The position numbers and the translations under genes were made by a program. A stretch of DNA of 64,000 nt from Pseudomonadota bacterium (GTDB taxonomy: Bacteria > Pseudomonadota > Gammaproteobacteria > Steroidobacterales > Woeseiaceae), in contig JBCBIJ010000014.1 of the NCBI GenBank assembly GCA_038524795.1, positions 5,441 through 69,440 on the forward strand, given 5' to 3'. Positions within the stretch are counted from its first letter, which is position 1. Each line of letters opens with the position of its first letter. Of the stretch, positions 31,692 to 41,118 are shown in pieces. The notes beneath the pieces are model-generated. The model was not told the origin of the DNA and ran no database searches. It saw only the letters and a program-made list of their open reading frames with translations.

Positions 31692-33091
31692 GCCAGGGTA
31701 TCCAGGTTGATGCGATCCCCGGGGCGAGGCTGGGTGACGCGGCAACCGTGATCGCGTTGTAGCCGATCGGCCAGTGCCTCGCCCGAGTCAGGCTCACCGT
31801 GCACGAGCCAGACGGGTGGCGTGCCGCCCAGGCCGCCGTACCAGCGCGACAGGTCCGCCGCGTCGCCGTGTGCGGAGAGGCCGCCGACGGTGTGGATCTG
31901 CGCCCGCACCCGGATGGTCTCGCCATGAATGCGGACACTGTCGTGGCGGTCCACGAGGCGGCGCCCCAATGAGCCCGGGGCCTGCCAGCCAACGATCACA
32001 ACGTGGGCATTGCGCCGCCAGAGGTTGTGTTTGAGGTGATGCAGCACGCGTCCGCCGTTGCACATGCCGCTGCCCGCGATGATCAACGCGCCGCGCTCCA
32101 AGCGATTGATGACGCGCGACTCGGCAGGCGAACGGGTCAGGTAGAGGTTGTCGAGCGGCGGCATGCCTTCCGAGTCGGACAGGCGCCGCGCCTCGTCGTC
32201 GTGTAAGTGCTTGTGCGACCAGTAGACCTCGCTGGCCTCGATGGCCATCGGGCTGTCGAGAAAGATGCGCCAGCGATCCACCTGCCAGTCGTCGGCGTGT
32301 TTGCCCAACAGGTACAGAAGCTCCTGGCTGCGCCCGATCGCGAACGCGGGCACGATGATATTCCCGCCGGTTTCCGCAGCGCGCTTCAGGATATGGCCCA
32401 GCTCGGCCACGGTTTCGCTGCGCTCGCGGTGCAGCCTGCCGCCATAGGTACTTTCCATAAGTACGAGGTCACTGCCCTTTGGTGACACCGGATCCTCAAG
32501 AATGGGCGTGTCGTACTGGCCAAGATCGCCTGAAAAGGTCAAAGTACGAGGTCCGTTCGCGGTTTCGACGCGGAGCTGGACGCAAGCCGAGCCAATAATG
32601 TGACCGGCGTCATGAAACGTCGCTTGCAGGCCCGGCACCACCTCGAAGGGCTCGCCGTAGATGTGGCCGCGCAGCAGGCGCTCCACGCCGGCCGCGTCCG
32701 AGGCGGTGAACAGAGGTTCGACAGGAGGTCGACCCGAGCGTGCCCGTTTGATGTTCTCACGCGTGGCATCGCGCTCGGCCAGTGACGCGGCGTCGGCGAG
32801 CAGGATCGGTACCAATCCTGCGCTGGCATTTTGGGTGTGAATCGTGCCCCGAAAGCCGCGCTGGCGAAGCAAAGGCAGGCGCCCGCTGTGATCCAGGTGG
32901 GCGTGGCTCAGTACCACGGCATCGATGTCGGCAGGGTCGAACGGGAACGGATCGCGGTTGCGTGCTTCATTGCGCCGACCGCCCTGGATCATGCCGCAGT
33001 CGAGGAGCACGCTGCGGCCGCCGACGCGCAGGACGTGGCAGGAGCCCGTGACCTCGCCTGCGGCGCCGTAAAACTCGAGGCTGTTGGTCAT
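31688..33091 (-). CDS. MBL-fold beta-CASP hydrolase (CPSF73/RNase-J-like RNA-metabolising family)
   Basis: HAHLDHSG motif with the downstream beta-CASP and C-terminal SAHGD motifs. 467 aa. Confidence 0.85.
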   Translation of the reverse strand: MTNSLEFYGAAGEVTGSCHVLRVGGRSVLLDCGMIQGGRRNEARNRDPFPFDPADIDAVVLSHAHLDHSGRLPLLRQRGFRGTIHTQNASAGLVPILLADAASLAERDATRENIKRARSGRPPVEPLFTASDAAGVERLLRGHIYGEPFEVVPGLQATFHDAGHIIGSACVQLRVETANGPRTLTFSGDLGQYDTPILEDPVSPKGSDLVLMESTYGGRLHRERSETVAELGHILKRAAETGGNIIVPAFAIGRSQELLYLLGKHADDWQVDRWRIFLDSPMAIEASEVYWSHKHLHDDEARRLSDSEGMPPLDNLYLTRSPAESRVINRLERGALIIAGSGMCNGGRVLHHLKHNLWRRNAHVVIVGWQAPGSLGRRLVDRHDSVRIHGETIRVRAQIHTVGGLSAHGDAADLSRWYGGLGGTPPVWLVHGEPDSGEALADRLQRDHGCRVTQPRPGDRINLDTLA

Positions 33092-33269
33092 TGGGGCCGG
33101 CAGTACAGGTAGGAGAGGGGAACTGTCTCAACGTCGCAATTTCGGCCCGCAGGCCCGGTTCTGCGGCGTTTTTGACAGAATATTTTTGGTGTCATGTGAA
33201 GAACGTCACGGACCGCTTGTCGCCGATCGCCTACGGTTGCAATTCCACTAGGCCCAGGCCGGACCAGGA

Positions 33270-35156
33270 ATGCTGAAGAAGATACTCATCGCACTGACTG
33301 CGGCATCCATTGTCGTCCTGCTCGCGATTCTCGTTCGCGAGTCGCGGTCCGTCAGTGCCCAGTTCTACATCGACTATAGCAACTACGTCTCTGCCTTGCG
33401 TCAGGGCCAGCGCGACTACGAAACCCTCGCGGACACGCTGAGCGTCACGGCCCGCCAGGCTCAGACCGTGCCTGAGACCGTGGCCACGCTGTCGAGCCGC
33501 CTGAAGAGCGGCACCGAGACGCTGCGCGCACCCGCCCAGAACATTCGCAGCGCCGACGTCATGGCGTCGGCCTCTGCCTATATCTCGACGCTGAACGGCA
33601 TGCTCACAAGTGTGACGGAGTTCTCAGACGCACAAGACCGGATCGCCGCAGCGGCGACCGTGCTGCGTGATGATGGCCCCGCAGCCGTGCGCCTGCTGCG
33701 GGACCGGGGCAACGAAGCCCCTTCGCAAGTGTTGTTTGGCCTGACAGCGGAGTTGCTCGACTTCGCCACGGGCGAGTCGACGGTCCCCGTTGAAGAGCTG
33801 CAGCGCCGTCTTGACGCGTTCACGGCAGAGATCGACGCCAACCGGCAGCCGCGCGCCCTGTCGGGCGTCCTCGATGCCGCCAGCGTGCTGCTGGCCGAGC
33901 GGGGCACGGCTGAGTCGGCACTGACCAAACTGACGGGCAGCGCCTACGCCAGCCGTGCCCAGGATCTTTACGGCGCTGTGGCCTCGATGAACGCGGCGGT
34001 CACCTCGCGTGCCGACCGGGCGCGGCTGCTGCTCGCGGCCGTGTGTGTGCTGCTCATTTTGGGCATTGCGCTGATCGGTCTGCGCCTGCGTCAGAGCAAC
34101 GCGACACTGGCCGACGCCAACATCGAGCTCGAGCAATTCAACGTCTCGCTCGAAGAACGTGTGAACGAACGGACCCGTGAGCTGAGCGCGGCGCTCGAGG
34201 AGCTTCGCGAGTCGCAGGCCCAGCTCGTACAGGCCGAGAAGATGTCGTCGCTGGGTGAGCTCGTGGCCGGCATCAGTCACGAGATCAACACGCCGCTCTG
34301 GTACCTGCTCAGCAACACCACGACGATCCGTGAGCGCCTGGGCAGCTTCAACAATTTCGCAGACATCGCCGACGACATGCTGCGGGTGGTCCGCGAGGGC
34401 GGGTCCGACAAGCAGAAGTTTGTGGCCCAGCTCAAGCGCCTGGATGCCGCACTCAACAAGGATGGTCTGCGCGACGACCTTGACGAGTGCAACGACCTGC
34501 TTGAAGACAGTGTCGAAGGCCTCGAGCAGCTTTCCGAGATGGCTCAGTCACTTAAGGACTTCAGCCGTCTTGACCGCGCCGCCACGGCGCAGGCTGACCT
34601 CAATGAGGGCCTCGAGAAGACGCTTGTGATCGCCAAGAACGCGCTCAAGGGCGGCATCAAGATCGAGAAGAACTTTGCTGAACTGCCGCTCGTGACCTGT
34701 TCGCCGAGCCAGATCAATCAGGTGTTCCTGAACCTCATTAAGAATGCTTCTGATGCCATGGAGCGCGATGGTACGCTGACGCTGAGCTCCTGGGCCGACG
34801 ACGATTACGTGCACGTGAGCGTCAAAGACTCGGGCCACGGCATGGACGATGCAACACTGGCCAAGATCCGCGACCCCTTCTTTACCACCAAGGAAGTGGG
34901 CAAGGGTACGGGCCTGGGCCTTTCCATCAGCCAGAAGATTGTCGACTCACACGACGGGCGGCTGGACATTCAGTCCACGCTCGGCGAGGGTTCGACGTTC
35001 ACTTTGAGCCTCCCGCGTTCGGAATCTGCGCCAATGAGTGACATGGCCCGCGAGCTCGCCGAGCTTGAAGCCATGACAGGCGACACCCTGCGGATCGAGG
35101 GTCTGGTGCTGGACGAAGAGAATGAACTCGACTTTCCTGCGGAAAAATCCGCCTGA
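33270..35156 (+). CDS. sensor histidine kinase with large N-terminal extracytoplasmic helical sensor domain
   Basis: Two TM segments flank a domain of about 230 aa. Has the H-box SHEINTPL and the N, G1 and G2 boxes (NLIKNASDA, DSGHGM, GTGLGLS). Confidence 0.9.
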   Translation: MLKKILIALTAASIVVLLAILVRESRSVSAQFYIDYSNYVSALRQGQRDYETLADTLSVTARQAQTVPETVATLSSRLKSGTETLRAPAQNIRSADVMASASAYISTLNGMLTSVTEFSDAQDRIAAAATVLRDDGPAAVRLLRDRGNEAPSQVLFGLTAELLDFATGESTVPVEELQRRLDAFTAEIDANRQPRALSGVLDAASVLLAERGTAESALTKLTGSAYASRAQDLYGAVASMNAAVTSRADRARLLLAAVCVLLILGIALIGLRLRQSNATLADANIELEQFNVSLEERVNERTRELSAALEELRESQAQLVQAEKMSSLGELVAGISHEINTPLWYLLSNTTTIRERLGSFNNFADIADDMLRVVREGGSDKQKFVAQLKRLDAALNKDGLRDDLDECNDLLEDSVEGLEQLSEMAQSLKDFSRLDRAATAQADLNEGLEKTLVIAKNALKGGIKIEKNFAELPLVTCSPSQINQVFLNLIKNASDAMERDGTLTLSSWADDDYVHVSVKDSGHGMDDATLAKIRDPFFTTKEVGKGTGLGLSISQKIVDSHDGRLDIQSTLGEGSTFTLSLPRSESAPMSDMARELAELEAMTGDTLRIEGLVLDEENELDFPAEKSA

Positions 35157-35167
35157 GCCAGGCAACA

Positions 35168-36379
35168 ATGGGCGCGAATCAAGCACAATCCATGAGTACT
35201 GACCGGGGCGCAGCAACAGTTTTGGATCGCAAGCCACGCGTCGTTTTCGTCGATGACGAAAAACGCGTGCTTAACGCTATGCGGGCCCTGTTTCGGCGTG
35301 ACTATGAACTCTACCTGACCACGTCGGGCGAGGAAGCCGTGAAATTCTGTGTCGAGCACGACGCGGATGTCATCGTGGCCGACCAGCGCATGCCCGAAAT
35401 GGAGGGCGTTGAGGTGCTGGGCGCCGTGCGCGAACAGGCGCCGCGCACGATGCGCATCCTGCTCACGGGCTATGCCGACCTTGATGCCATCGAAGGCTCT
35501 ATCAATGTTGGTGAAGTGTTCCGCTTTCTGTCGAAGCCGTGCCCGCCCGACAACCTGCGTGCAACGATCGACCAGGCCGTTCAGGCCTCGGCCGCGCCCG
35601 TACTGACTCCGGATTCGCCGACGTCGCAGCCACAGCCGGCTGCGCCGACGGGTGATGCTGACAGCGACGACGACGCACCGGCGGATTCGCTGGCCACGCA
35701 GACTCGCCCGATTTCGCGTCGCAAGTCGCCGTCGCTTGTGCCCGCCATGCTCGCGTCGCAGCCGGAGGCGGAAGAAACGCCCGATGAGGACGACCTCGAA
35801 GCCCAGGGCGAACAGGTCGTGCTGTCCGGCGATTCGGTCCAGATTCGGAACTCTGAGTCGTTCCGCGATATGGAAAGTGTGGGCGTTGTCGTGTTCACGC
35901 TGTCCGATGACTTTTTCAAGGAAGTCGACGGTGCGATGCAGGGCCGCTACAAGCTCTACCACGCGAATCGCTTGCTCAAGGTGCTTGAGCTCATCTCAGC
36001 CAAGAAGGCTGGCGTGTTGATTTCCGAGGTTGCCAGTGAAGGCGGCGTGTTGCGCAAGGTGCTGAACAAGTTCAAGCAGCACCTGCCCGAACTCATTGCC
36101 ATCGTGGTCAGCGATGACCGCGACGCGGCGGAGATGATCTCGCTGATTAACCACGGCCAGGTCTTCCGCTATATGGCGAAGCCCGTCAATCACGACCGGC
36201 TCATGCAGAATGTTAACGGCGGCGCGCTGCGCCACCTGCAGATGCGTGCTGATCCCAGCCTGGTTCCGCGTATGGCCGTGGAACAAACTCAGGATGAACC
36301 TGAGCAGTCGGGTGCCGTGGACCAGCTGTTCAAGCGGATTCGCTCGATCGGCAGTATCTGGAAACGCAAGAAGGACTAG
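35168..36379 (+). CDS. response regulator with canonical REC plus C-terminal pseudo-receiver, no output domain
   Basis: REC1 has VDDE, ADQRMPEMEG, LTGY and SKP. A Pro/Asp/Ala-rich linker follows. REC2-like has SDD, then LISEVAS (Glu where the phospho-Asp is expected), VSDD and AKP. Confidence 0.8.
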   Translation: MGANQAQSMSTDRGAATVLDRKPRVVFVDDEKRVLNAMRALFRRDYELYLTTSGEEAVKFCVEHDADVIVADQRMPEMEGVEVLGAVREQAPRTMRILLTGYADLDAIEGSINVGEVFRFLSKPCPPDNLRATIDQAVQASAAPVLTPDSPTSQPQPAAPTGDADSDDDAPADSLATQTRPISRRKSPSLVPAMLASQPEAEETPDEDDLEAQGEQVVLSGDSVQIRNSESFRDMESVGVVVFTLSDDFFKEVDGAMQGRYKLYHANRLLKVLELISAKKAGVLISEVASEGGVLRKVLNKFKQHLPELIAIVVSDDRDAAEMISLINHGQVFRYMAKPVNHDRLMQNVNGGALRHLQMRADPSLVPRMAVEQTQDEPEQSGAVDQLFKRIRSIGSIWKRKKD

Positions 36380-36382
36380 GCC

Positions 36383-37771
36383 ATGAGCGACGAGGCCGTG
36401 CTCGACGCCCCCGTACCGGCGGAGAAGAAATCATTCGACACACCGATCCTGATCGGTGCACTCGTGGTGATTGCAGCCATGGCGGCCTGGTTCTTTCTGG
36501 GTTCGGACGGCAAAGTCGTCGAGAGCGCGCCTGCGGTGGCCGCTGAGCCCACGCCTGAGCAGGCCGAGGTTCAGGCCGTCGTAGCGGCGGAAACGCCTAA
36601 CGGTGAGCTGTTGTCCCGCGCACGTCTCGCTGCAGACGCCGGCATGCTCACGGAGCCTGCGGGCAGCAACGCCCTTTATTACTACGCATTGTTCCTCGAG
36701 CAGGCGCAGGCTGACGACACCGTCGTCGCCGAAGTCGATGCCGTGGTGAACCGTGTGGGCAGCTTGGTCGATGCCGCTCTGGGCGGCGAGGACTGGGCGC
36801 GCGCCAACTACGTTGTCGAGCAGCTCAATAACTCGGGCTTCGAGCACAACAGTATTGCGCGGTTTGAACAGCGTCTCGGCGATTTCAGGCAATCGCAGTC
36901 GTCGTTGGCGCTCACCGCGGCCGACAGCGGCGATGAGGCGCAGGCCAACGCCATTCTCGATACGCTGGCCGCGCTGCCGCGCACGCAGGCCGGCGAGTTG
37001 CTGGCCTTGCGCGCCGACGTCCGCGATCGGATCGATGCGCAGCGTGTCGCGGCGCAGGCTGCCGCAGAACGCGCCGCCGCCGCTGAGCGTCAGCGAGCTC
37101 AGCAGCAGCAACAACAGGCTGCCGCGCGCGCAGCCGCACGCACAGCGCCTTCCACGGCCACCTCAACACCGACTCCGCCGCCGGCGGCGCCACAACAGGA
37201 TGCCGGCGAGATCGCCGTGCGTGAGGCATTGGCCGCGGGCAGTTTCCGCGGTCGCAGTGGCGCTGTCGCCCTGCTGGATAACGTGTCCAACGCGTCGACG
37301 CGCCAGTCCTTGCAAGGCGAGGTCGTCGCCGCACTGGCTTCGGGTATTCGCGACGCTTCTGTCGCGGCAGATCCGGGCACTGCTGACCGCTTGTACCGCG
37401 AGTACGGCAAGCTCGTAACCGCCGACACGTCGGAGAAGACTGAACTGCTCGCAGCGGTGGATCAGGCCTTCATCGCCGCTGCGACGTCCGAAGTAGTCTC
37501 GGCCGCGACACTGCGCCGCACGAAGGCGGTTGCTCCCATTTATCCACGTCGCGCGCTGCAGCGCGGCGTCAATGGCCGCGTGAAGGTCGAGTTTACGGTC
37601 GGTACCGACGGCAAGACCCGCGAAATCGAAGTGGTTGAAAGCAGCTCAGGCTCGCTGTTTGACCGTTCTGCGCTACGCGCCATCTCCGAGTGGGAATACG
37701 AGCCGCGGCTCGTTCGTGGACAAGCGGTCGCGCAGCGCGTTTACGCCTACCTCGACTACAACCTCGAATAG
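36383..37771 (+). CDS. TonB C-terminal domain protein with N-terminal TM anchor and Ala/Gln-rich linker
   Basis: The C-terminus is canonical TonB_C: PIYPRRALQRGVNGRVKVEFTVGTDGKTREIEVVESSSGSLFDRSALRAISEWEYEP. Starts 3 nt after the regulator gene. Confidence 0.8.
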   Translation: MSDEAVLDAPVPAEKKSFDTPILIGALVVIAAMAAWFFLGSDGKVVESAPAVAAEPTPEQAEVQAVVAAETPNGELLSRARLAADAGMLTEPAGSNALYYYALFLEQAQADDTVVAEVDAVVNRVGSLVDAALGGEDWARANYVVEQLNNSGFEHNSIARFEQRLGDFRQSQSSLALTAADSGDEAQANAILDTLAALPRTQAGELLALRADVRDRIDAQRVAAQAAAERAAAAERQRAQQQQQQAAARAAARTAPSTATSTPTPPPAAPQQDAGEIAVREALAAGSFRGRSGAVALLDNVSNASTRQSLQGEVVAALASGIRDASVAADPGTADRLYREYGKLVTADTSEKTELLAAVDQAFIAAATSEVVSAATLRRTKAVAPIYPRRALQRGVNGRVKVEFTVGTDGKTREIEVVESSSGSLFDRSALRAISEWEYEPRLVRGQAVAQRVYAYLDYNLE

Positions 37772-37850
37772 AGCCCAACCCCCTGTCGCTGACCACGCGC
37801 CGCAGATGCGGTAGCGTGTCGCTGGTTCTGCTCGCCCGGGGGGTCGCGAC

Positions 37851-38756
37851 GTGCTCGATGCCGTGCGCCTAAATTTCTCTGCCGACGCGCTGGTGGCCCT
37901 CAATGTGCTGCTGGCCGCCATCATGTTCGGCATCGCGCTCGACCTCGACTTCGCGGACTTTCGTCGCGTTAGCCGGCGCCCGCGCGCGCTCATCACCGGG
38001 CTACTGTCGCAGTGGCTGGTGCTTCCGGCCGTGACGCTTGTGCTCGTGATATTGGTCGCACCGCCGCCCTCAATCGCGCTCGGCATGATTATCGTGGCCG
38101 CCTGCCCGGGTGGCAGTGTCAGTAACTTCTTCTCGCACCTGGCACGCGGCGACGTCGCGCTCAGCGTCACGATGTCTGCCATCACGAGCTCGTTCGCGTT
38201 TCTTGCGACGCCGCTCAACATCGCGCTCTGGGGCAGCGTGTTGCCCGAGACACGCGAACTGCTGCGCAGCGTGGAAATCGACGTGGTCCGTATGCTGTTC
38301 ATCGTTGTGCTGGTGCTCGTCGTGCCGACGATTGCGGGGTGTTGGCTGGCTACGCGGCGGCAGGCGATCGCGCAGCGCCTGCGCCTGCCGTTTCGCCGGT
38401 TCTCGATGCTCGTGTTCGCGGGGTTTGTGATCGCGGCGTTCGCGGCTAACTGGTCTCTGTTTGTCGAATGGGCTGAGGTCATCGCGGGCGTGGTCATGCT
38501 GCATAACGGGGCTGCGTTGGCTGCGGGCTTTCTGCTTGCGACGCTCGTTGGGTTGCCGCCGCGCGTGCGGCGCAGTGTGACCATCGAGACGGGCATCCAA
38601 AATTCGGCGCTGGGACTGACGCTGATCTTCGCGTTCTTCGACGGCCTGGGCGGGATGGCGCTTGTGGCCGGCTGGTGGGGCGTCTGGCACCTGGTCAGCG
38701 GTGCCGCGCTCGCACGTTTCTGGGGCGTGCGGGACGTCGAACCCGCGCCAGCCTGA
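37851..38756 (+). CDS. bile acid:sodium symporter (BASS) family transporter
   Basis: GTG start. Has ACPGGSVSN and GIQNS motifs and about 9-10 TM segments. Confidence 0.8.
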   Translation: MLDAVRLNFSADALVALNVLLAAIMFGIALDLDFADFRRVSRRPRALITGLLSQWLVLPAVTLVLVILVAPPPSIALGMIIVAACPGGSVSNFFSHLARGDVALSVTMSAITSSFAFLATPLNIALWGSVLPETRELLRSVEIDVVRMLFIVVLVLVVPTIAGCWLATRRQAIAQRLRLPFRRFSMLVFAGFVIAAFAANWSLFVEWAEVIAGVVMLHNGAALAAGFLLATLVGLPPRVRRSVTIETGIQNSALGLTLIFAFFDGLGGMALVAGWWGVWHLVSGAALARFWGVRDVEPAPA

Positions 38757-38787
38757 GGGCCAACCCCTTTTCTTGTATCCTGCGCCC

Positions 38788-39429
38788 ATGAACACCGTTA
38801 CACAGCGACTGGTGCGGCGCCTGGCCGCGGTGGGGCTCGCGGCGTCACTCGGGGTGCCTGCAGCGCAGGCCGAGGTGCTGCACGCCGCTGAGACGGGCTT
38901 TGTCGTTCGTCACGAGCGAACAGTCCTTGCACCGCCAGAAACGGCCTGGCGCATGTTGTTGGGCCACGTCGGCGAGTGGTGGCACCCGGACCACACCTAC
39001 TCGGGCAATGCCGAGAGCCTCTACATCGAGGCGCGACCGCTGGGCTGCTTCTGCGAGCGTATCGGGACCAATGACGTGGTCGTCCACCTCACGGTGACCA
39101 TGCTGCGCGAGAACAAGCTGCTGCGGCTGACGGGTGGTCTTGGGCCTCTGGGACTCATGGGTGTTGATGGCAATCTGACCGTCAGCCTGTTGCCCAGCGA
39201 AGATGCCACCGATATCGCGCTTGAGTACCGGGTGGGGGGTTATGACCCCGAAGGTCTGGAGCGCATTGCGCCGGCCGTGGACGGCGTGCTCGGTGAGCAG
39301 ATGGACCGGTTTGTCCGCTTTGTCGAGTCGGGTTCACCCGACGACTCGGTCCCGGAAGATGTCATGCCGGGTACGGAGATGGACGCGCCGGCAGACGTTG
39401 CAACGGACGCGCCTGCGACCGAGGGCTAA
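38788..39429 (+). CDS. SRPBCC (AHSA1/START-like) family exported protein
   Basis: ATG at 38788 with a signal peptide ending AAQA. The ~150-aa core matches the SRPBCC pattern, followed by an acidic C-terminal tail. Confidence 0.6.
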   Translation: MNTVTQRLVRRLAAVGLAASLGVPAAQAEVLHAAETGFVVRHERTVLAPPETAWRMLLGHVGEWWHPDHTYSGNAESLYIEARPLGCFCERIGTNDVVVHLTVTMLRENKLLRLTGGLGPLGLMGVDGNLTVSLLPSEDATDIALEYRVGGYDPEGLERIAPAVDGVLGEQMDRFVRFVESGSPDDSVPEDVMPGTEMDAPADVATDAPATEG

Positions 39430-39459
39430 AAAAAGAGCCGGTGCCATTACGGCACCGGC
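39428..39459 (-). terminator. intrinsic terminator (minus-strand operon; possibly bidirectional)
   Basis: GCCGGTGCC-attac-GGCACCGGC is a 9-bp perfect stem (39437-39459). An A7 run at 39428-34 gives a U-tract on the minus strand. It sits between convergent genes. Confidence 0.75.
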
Positions 39460-39514
39460 ACGAGCGACAGGCGGAAACGACCTGCTTTCGTCAGGAGTCG
39501 TCTGACGGCAGACG

Positions 39515-41095
39515 TCAGACGAGCGGATTGAAGGCGGTCAGGCTGTCGCGCAGCTGTACGTTACCCAGGCCGTGGTTCGGGAACAGGACTTCGAAGTTGG
39601 CCTGTTCACCGTGAATGGCGAGGTAGTTGAGCACCACCGCTTCCACGAGCAAGTTCACGTTGTTGGCGATCGGGCTCGAGCCTGTTTCACCAGAACCATC
39701 CGGTCGGAAGTAACCGATCTGCTGGTGGTTTTCGGGGGGTAGGCTGTCGCCCGAGAACAGCTGCGGTCTGCCGTTCGGGTTGTAGACCAGGATGAACGAC
39801 GCCGCCGTACTCTGGTTGTCCGAGGCCCATTCAAGCTTGCCGCGACCGTCGACGGTATCGTCGATCATGCCGTTACTCGACAGCGAGCCGTCCGAGAACA
39901 CGTACATGAACAGCGGGACGCCACGGCGAGCCGCGTACTCGAGCGCGGCGCCCATGCAACGACCGGCGCGCAAGTCACGCACCTCACCGCGTGCACGACG
40001 ACCACCGTGGTAGTCGTAGCCGCCCATGGTGATGGTGCCGGCGCCCGCGTAACCATTGGCAACGAGCTTCATGACCGAGGCGGTCTTGCGGAATTCGCGG
40101 TCGTCGTCGTACTCGGCCTGCGAGAAGATGCCTGCGGGACCCACGAGGTCCTGGTCGAGCGACGGGTTGAGCTGCGAGGGGTCACCAAAGCGGTCGGCGA
40201 GGTCGGCTGACTTCAGGTAACCGCAAGCGACAAGGTCTTTGACCACGGCATCTGCGTCGATCTTGGTATTCACCTGACCGAGCTTCTGGTCACTGAGTCG
40301 GTACACAGACTCGAGCACGGCTACTGCGTCTTCCTGAGAGAGCAGGCCGACGAGTTTGCCCGTGTCTACAAGGCCTGTAACGTCGCCGGGGCGATCGACT
40401 TTCGAGGGCCGCAGGGCCGGATCGATCATTGCGGCGGGGGCCATCGAGTTACCACCGGACTCCGACGTACGCGATCCGATCAGATCGAGCAGCTCACCGC
40501 GTGCACCCGTTTTGGCGATGCCGTACATCGGGTTGTGCGGGTTGTTGCCCGTGTCGTTCTCCGAACGTGCCACGAGGATGGCCCCGTTGGTGTTCGCGAG
40601 CGTCGCCGGTGAGGCGCGCTCGAGGATCCCGCGTAGAAACGCGGAGTCCGAGTGGAACGCCAAACCCAGGTCCGTGTTGATGAAGTCGTTGGTACCCGTA
40701 TCGGGGTTGACCGCATCAGGTGTCTGGTCACCGGGCAGGCCGAGCTTGTTGTAGCCAGCCGTCGACAGGAAGTCCATCTGCCCGCCGGGACCGCCGACGA
40801 GCACGTTGGAGCCCGCCATGTTGGCGCCACCCGCGAGGTCGAAGCAGACGAACGGCACCTTGCCGGCGCCTGCCAGTTCGAGGCCGCAGCCCGCACGCAG
40901 CGGTTGCAGGTCAGATGAGAGCGCGGCGCGCGCTTCCATCGGATTGGCGAACAGGCTGAACAGGCCGCCCGACATGAGCGTCGATGTACCCGCCATCAGA
41001 CCCGTGGCGACAAACTCACGACGAGTCGTCGGGCGTTTGTGATCCGGGTGCAGAATCGGCGTATCCGGGTGCAGATTCTCTTTTCGCTTTGCCAT
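39515..41095 (-). CDS. Tat-signal periplasmic protein, DUF1501-like (unknown function)
   Basis: AGGAAC RBS and ATG at 41095. Twin-arginine TRREFVATGLMAG. FDLAGGANM, MGGYDYHGG and VFSDGSLSSNG are reminiscent of DUF1501 (GG-D, GG-D-H, SEFGR) motifs. From memory. Confidence 0.6.
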   Translation of the reverse strand: MAKRKENLHPDTPILHPDHKRPTTRREFVATGLMAGTSTLMSGGLFSLFANPMEARAALSSDLQPLRAGCGLELAGAGKVPFVCFDLAGGANMAGSNVLVGGPGGQMDFLSTAGYNKLGLPGDQTPDAVNPDTGTNDFINTDLGLAFHSDSAFLRGILERASPATLANTNGAILVARSENDTGNNPHNPMYGIAKTGARGELLDLIGSRTSESGGNSMAPAAMIDPALRPSKVDRPGDVTGLVDTGKLVGLLSQEDAVAVLESVYRLSDQKLGQVNTKIDADAVVKDLVACGYLKSADLADRFGDPSQLNPSLDQDLVGPAGIFSQAEYDDDREFRKTASVMKLVANGYAGAGTITMGGYDYHGGRRARGEVRDLRAGRCMGAALEYAARRGVPLFMYVFSDGSLSSNGMIDDTVDGRGKLEWASDNQSTAASFILVYNPNGRPQLFSGDSLPPENHQQIGYFRPDGSGETGSSPIANNVNLLVEAVVLNYLAIHGEQANFEVLFPNHGLGNVQLRDSLTAFNPLV

Positions 41096-41118
41096 GGTAT
41101 CGGTTCCTGAGTTGATTC

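Noticed and set aside
33172-33200. TTGACA at 33172-33177 upstream of the sensor kinase, as a -35 element.
   Set aside because: The hexamer 17 nt downstream is TGTGAA, a poor -10. The call cannot be supported from sequence alone.
37090-37120. CAG/CAA trinucleotide run (QQQQQQ) in the TonB_C protein gene, considered as a contingency repeat.
   Set aside because: It has only about six units of mixed codons within a generally low-complexity Ala/Gln linker. There is no evidence of length variation from a single sequence.
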